Shown piece after piece: positions 53,731 to 56,381 of a DNA stretch of 56,381 bases. Origin of the DNA: an uncultured Candidatus Saccharibacteria bacterium (GTDB lineage Bacteria; Patescibacteriota; Minisyncoccia; Phycocordibacterales; CAIRYW01). Positions within the stretch are counted from its first letter, which is position 1, and every line of letters starts with the position of its first letter. The notes under the pieces are model-generated. The model made no database searches. It was not told the DNA's origin and saw only the letters and a list, made by a program, of their open reading frames with translations. The stretch is from the NCBI GenBank assembly GCA_964406475.1, contig CAYORS010000003.1, positions 1 through 56,381 on the forward strand, in the 5' to 3' direction. The position numbers and the translations under genes were made by a program.

Positions 53731-53979
53731 TTATTTTTTTATACCAGGAAAAATGAATTGCCCATCTTTTGAGTTTTTTTGTGGATTGTAGGATGAGCTT
53801 GTTATTTGTGTTGGTTTTTTGGTGTATGTGCCGATATAAAAAGCGAGAACAAAAAATATGAGAGCAAAGCCAAGTAATGTAAAGTTTGTTTTGGGTGTAC
53901 GAGGTCTGCGGATGTCACCAGGAAAATAAATAGTTTTTTTGGATTTTTGTGTGTATTCGTCTTCAAAAACAAATGTCAT
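53731..53979 (-). CDS. Small single-pass membrane protein
   Basis: 82 aa with one TM helix (FTLLGFALIFFVLAFYIGTY). It lies immediately upstream of the pilin gene on the same strand. Confidence 0.5.
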   Translation of the reverse strand: MTFVFEDEYTQKSKKTIYFPGDIRRPRTPKTNFTLLGFALIFFVLAFYIGTYTKKPTQITSSSYNPQKNSKDGQFIFPGIKK

Positions 53980-54042
53980 AAAGCAATTGTACCAACAATT
54001 AAAAGAGGGGGCAATGTTGGTTTTGTTTTAATATTCTCTTGA

Positions 54043-54051
54043 TGGTATCAT
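54043..54051 (+). promoter_or_regulatory. Extended -10-like element (TGgTATCAT) 6 nt upstream of the ATG at 54058
   Basis: The position implies a leaderless start. Confidence 0.4.
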
Positions 54052-54057
54052 AATTCT

Positions 54058-54942
54058 ATGAAAAAAATAGTAACTCATAATGGAACATTTCACCCTGATG
54101 ATGTCTGCGCAGTTGCTACACTCAAGATGGCTTTTCCCAATGAAGAATTCATTATTGTCCGTACTCGAGATCCAAAGGAGTTTCAGGATGCTGATTTTGT
54201 GCTTGATGTGAGTAAGCTCTATGATGGTCTCAAGTATTTTGACCATCACCAACTCGAAGGGGCGGGTAAGCGAGACAATGGAATACCGTACGCATCATTT
54301 GGACTCGTATGGAAAAAGTTTGGCATAAATGTATGCAACACAGAGCTTATCTGCGATGCGATTGATAAAAAAATTGTTCAAGTTGTAGATGCTGGGGACA
54401 ATGGGGTAAATATCTATAACGAGATATACGAAGGTGTTAGCCCATTTGGACTCACTTCTGTTATTGCATCATTCAATCCAACAGCACTCGAATCTCGAGA
54501 GGAAGATAAGTGTTTTGTAGACGCAGTTAAATTTGCAATCTTTGTGCTCGAGCGGGCAATCGCCTTTGAAAAGGTGAGTGAAGAGGCACAGAAAGTATTC
54601 GAATATGTCTACAACAATTCAGAAGACAAAAGAGTGCTTGTGTTTGATCGGGACTTAGACTGGAAGTTCTATAACGGTTCGAGAAACGGTCATGGCTTTG
54701 ATGAAGTTTTGTATATTGTATATCCAAGTGATGATAGGTGGAGTGTGAGAGCAATGCACAAAGACCCAAAGAAATTTGAGACAAAAAAACCTTTTCCAGA
54801 AGTATGGGCAGGACTCTCGGATGAGGAGCTCGAAAAAGTAAGTGGAGTCACTGGTGCGGTCTTCTGTCATCGCGCGAGATTCCTGGTAGTGGCGAAGACC
54901 AAGGAGGCTGCCCTCAGTCTTGCTTCAAAGGCTCTTCTTTAG
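54058..54942 (+). CDS. MYG1/UPF0160 family metal-dependent hydrolase
   Basis: 294 aa. VTHNGTFHPDDVCAV and YFDHHQ motifs. Confidence 0.85.
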   Translation: MKKIVTHNGTFHPDDVCAVATLKMAFPNEEFIIVRTRDPKEFQDADFVLDVSKLYDGLKYFDHHQLEGAGKRDNGIPYASFGLVWKKFGINVCNTELICDAIDKKIVQVVDAGDNGVNIYNEIYEGVSPFGLTSVIASFNPTALESREEDKCFVDAVKFAIFVLERAIAFEKVSEEAQKVFEYVYNNSEDKRVLVFDRDLDWKFYNGSRNGHGFDEVLYIVYPSDDRWSVRAMHKDPKKFETKKPFPEVWAGLSDEELEKVSGVTGAVFCHRARFLVVAKTKEAALSLASKALL

Positions 54943-54983
54943 TTTTGTGTTATACTGGGCGTATTATAACTAATAATTAACTT

Positions 54984-55946
54984 ATGGCTTTTATCGACGA
55001 ACTATATATTCATGCACGTGCCGGCAAAGGAGGAGACGGTGTTGTTCGTTGGCGTCACGAAAAAAGTAAGGAGTTTTCTGGACCTTCAGGTGGAAATGGC
55101 GGTCAGGGAGGAGATGTCTTCATTAAGTCAGTAAGCGATTTGTCGATTCTCCAGAGATACAAGTCCCAGAAAAAATTTGCTGCAAAAGACGGTGACCCGG
55201 GCTTTAGGGATAGTATGCATGGTAAAAATGGTGAAGATTTATATATCGAACTTCCTGTTGGGAGTGTGGTTAAAAATATGGATACTGGTGAAGTGTTCTC
55301 GCTCGATAAGCGCGACCAAGTAGAGCTCATACTCAAAGGTGGGAGAGGTGGTCTCGGTAATGAATATTTCAAAAGTTCTACCAACCGTTCTCCAGAAGAA
55401 AGTACTCCTGGAACTCTAGGTGAAGAAGCGGATTTTTATATTGAACTACAGATGGTTGCAGATATTGGACTCATAGGTCTTCCAAACGCAGGTAAGAGCT
55501 CCCTTCTAAATGTTCTCACACGTGCGCAAGCCAAGGTTGGCAACTATGCGTTTACTACTCTCGAGCCAAACCTCGGTGATATGTATGGTACGATAATCGC
55601 TGATATCCCAGGTCTTATTGAAGGTGCAAGTGAAGGAAGAGGACTCGGACATAAATTCTTGAGACATATCAAGCGTACGAGAAGCTTGATCCATTGTGTT
55701 TCTGTTGAAAATGAAGACCCTCTTCAAGTATATAACACAGTTCGCGATGAGCTCTTAAAATCAGATAACGGTCTCAAGGATAAACCAGAGATTATTTTGC
55801 TTACCAAAACAGATTTAGTTGATGTAGAAAGACTCGAATCCATCAAAGATCTTTTTAAGAAAAAGACTAAAAAAGAAGTGTTCTCTGTTTCTGTCTATGA
55901 TACTGACTCTATTAAAATGTTGACTAAAGATCTGTTATCTCTTTAG
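54984..55946 (+). CDS. obg: GTPase Obg/CgtA
   Basis: 320 aa. Glycine-rich Obg fold (AGKGGDGVV..., GGNGGQGGDV). G motifs GLPNAGKSSLL, DIPGLIEGA, LTKTD. Confidence 0.93.
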   Translation: MAFIDELYIHARAGKGGDGVVRWRHEKSKEFSGPSGGNGGQGGDVFIKSVSDLSILQRYKSQKKFAAKDGDPGFRDSMHGKNGEDLYIELPVGSVVKNMDTGEVFSLDKRDQVELILKGGRGGLGNEYFKSSTNRSPEESTPGTLGEEADFYIELQMVADIGLIGLPNAGKSSLLNVLTRAQAKVGNYAFTTLEPNLGDMYGTIIADIPGLIEGASEGRGLGHKFLRHIKRTRSLIHCVSVENEDPLQVYNTVRDELLKSDNGLKDKPEIILLTKTDLVDVERLESIKDLFKKKTKKEVFSVSVYDTDSIKMLTKDLLSL

Positions 55947-55990
55947 ACGCGTTAAATTAAGCATCGTATCTTGCTTTGATTTATGTATTT

Positions 55991-55999
55991 TGCTATAAT
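55991..55999 (+). promoter_or_regulatory. Extended -10 (TGcTATAAT) 8 nt upstream of the ATG at 56008
   Basis: Exact TGnTATAAT. Confidence 0.5.
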
Positions 56000-56007
56000 T
56001 TGATTTA

Positions 56008-56381
56008 ATGATTTTAAGTAATTTTCTAAAAATTAAAAAAAGCTATTTAACTAGAAGTATACTTTTGAGCTCTTTTTTTGTCTTTGGGGTTATCCTGTCT
56101 TTCTCCTTTTATATACAATCTGTATATTCTGCTACGAATATAACCTGTAATGGTGGTACTGAATATTTGAGCTCACCAGGTGATTATACTACAAACCCGA
56201 ATCTAAGTAATTGTATTATCTATATTCAAACCGATGGTGTTGTGATCGATTTTGGTAATAATGGTGTAAATTATGTAAATATCTATGCAGTATCATTGGG
56301 GAATGCATATTCGCTTACTATTAAAAATTTGGCTTACTCGGCAAATTCTTATGTATACGCGTATGGTGCAGATGGGGCATC
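56008..56381 (+). CDS. Partial (3'-truncated) secreted or membrane-anchored protein
   Basis: The frame is open from ATG 56008 to the window end (hand-translated, no stop). It has an N-terminal hydrophobic segment LLSSFFVFGVILSFSFYI followed by N/G/Y-rich sequence. It is absent from the ORF track because it lacks a stop. Confidence 0.6.
   Translation, partial: MILSNFLKIKKSYLTRSILLSSFFVFGVILSFSFYIQSVYSATNITCNGGTEYLSSPGDYTTNPNLSNCIIYIQTDGVVIDFGNNGVNYVNIYAVSLGNAYSLTIKNLAYSANSYVYAYGADGA

Noticed and set aside
1-56381. Search for rRNA, tRNA, CRISPR arrays, integrase or transposase genes, and a DGR reverse transcriptase
   Set aside because: I scanned the intergenic regions over 70 nt for T-arm-like GGTTCGA motifs and for regularly spaced direct repeats, and the ORF translations for RT (YxDD), DDE and tyrosine-recombinase patterns. 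None was seen. This is a by-eye negative, not a computed one.

Overview
The window is AT-rich and gene-dense. Gene starts mostly lack Shine-Dalgarno sequences and several look leaderless. There is a prepilin-type pilin, many small membrane or hypothetical proteins, and a compact housekeeping set. This style suggests Patescibacteria/CPR, but that is an untested inference.

Layout:
1. 1 to ~6.5 kb is a phage-derived block cut by the left window edge. On the minus strand it carries a ParB-methylase fusion, a second DNA methylase, an HTH/small-terminase-like gene and a large terminase. It ends in a diversity-generating retroelement (DGR): an Avd-like gene (42-392), a template repeat (431-554), and a visibly GC-rich target gene (904-1707). 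The target's 3' end (904-1027) differs from the template almost only at template adenines. No reverse transcriptase ORF lies in the window.
2. ~6.5-7.4 kb is an ORF-poor, hairpin-dense locus bracketed by two intrinsic terminators. It may be a structured RNA.
3. 7.4-21 kb holds accessory genes: an ankyrin-repeat protein, membrane proteins, RadC, three membrane-anchored paralogs with mosaic near-identical 5' ends interrupted by a Phd/RelE toxin-antitoxin pair, RsmI, a putative glycoside hydrolase, and a solitary VirD4/TraD-like ATPase.
4. 21-44 kb is envelope biogenesis. murD and murC are followed by a ~17 kb glycan-modification block, then murB. The block holds six GT-B/GT4-type glycosyltransferases plus a GT2-methyltransferase fusion, a short sugar-dehydrogenase-like gene, AsnB, three further methyltransferases, a kinase-like gene, a deacetylase, a FemAB/GNAT-like gene, a flippase and an O-antigen-ligase-like/TPR protein.
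5. 44-56 kb is housekeeping: secA, alr, an AI-2E transporter, an ABC-2 exporter, a type IV pilin, a MYG1-like hydrolase, obg, and a partial secreted protein at the right edge.

I recognised no rRNA, tRNA or CRISPR array by eye. All alignments and motif calls were made by hand, without database searches.
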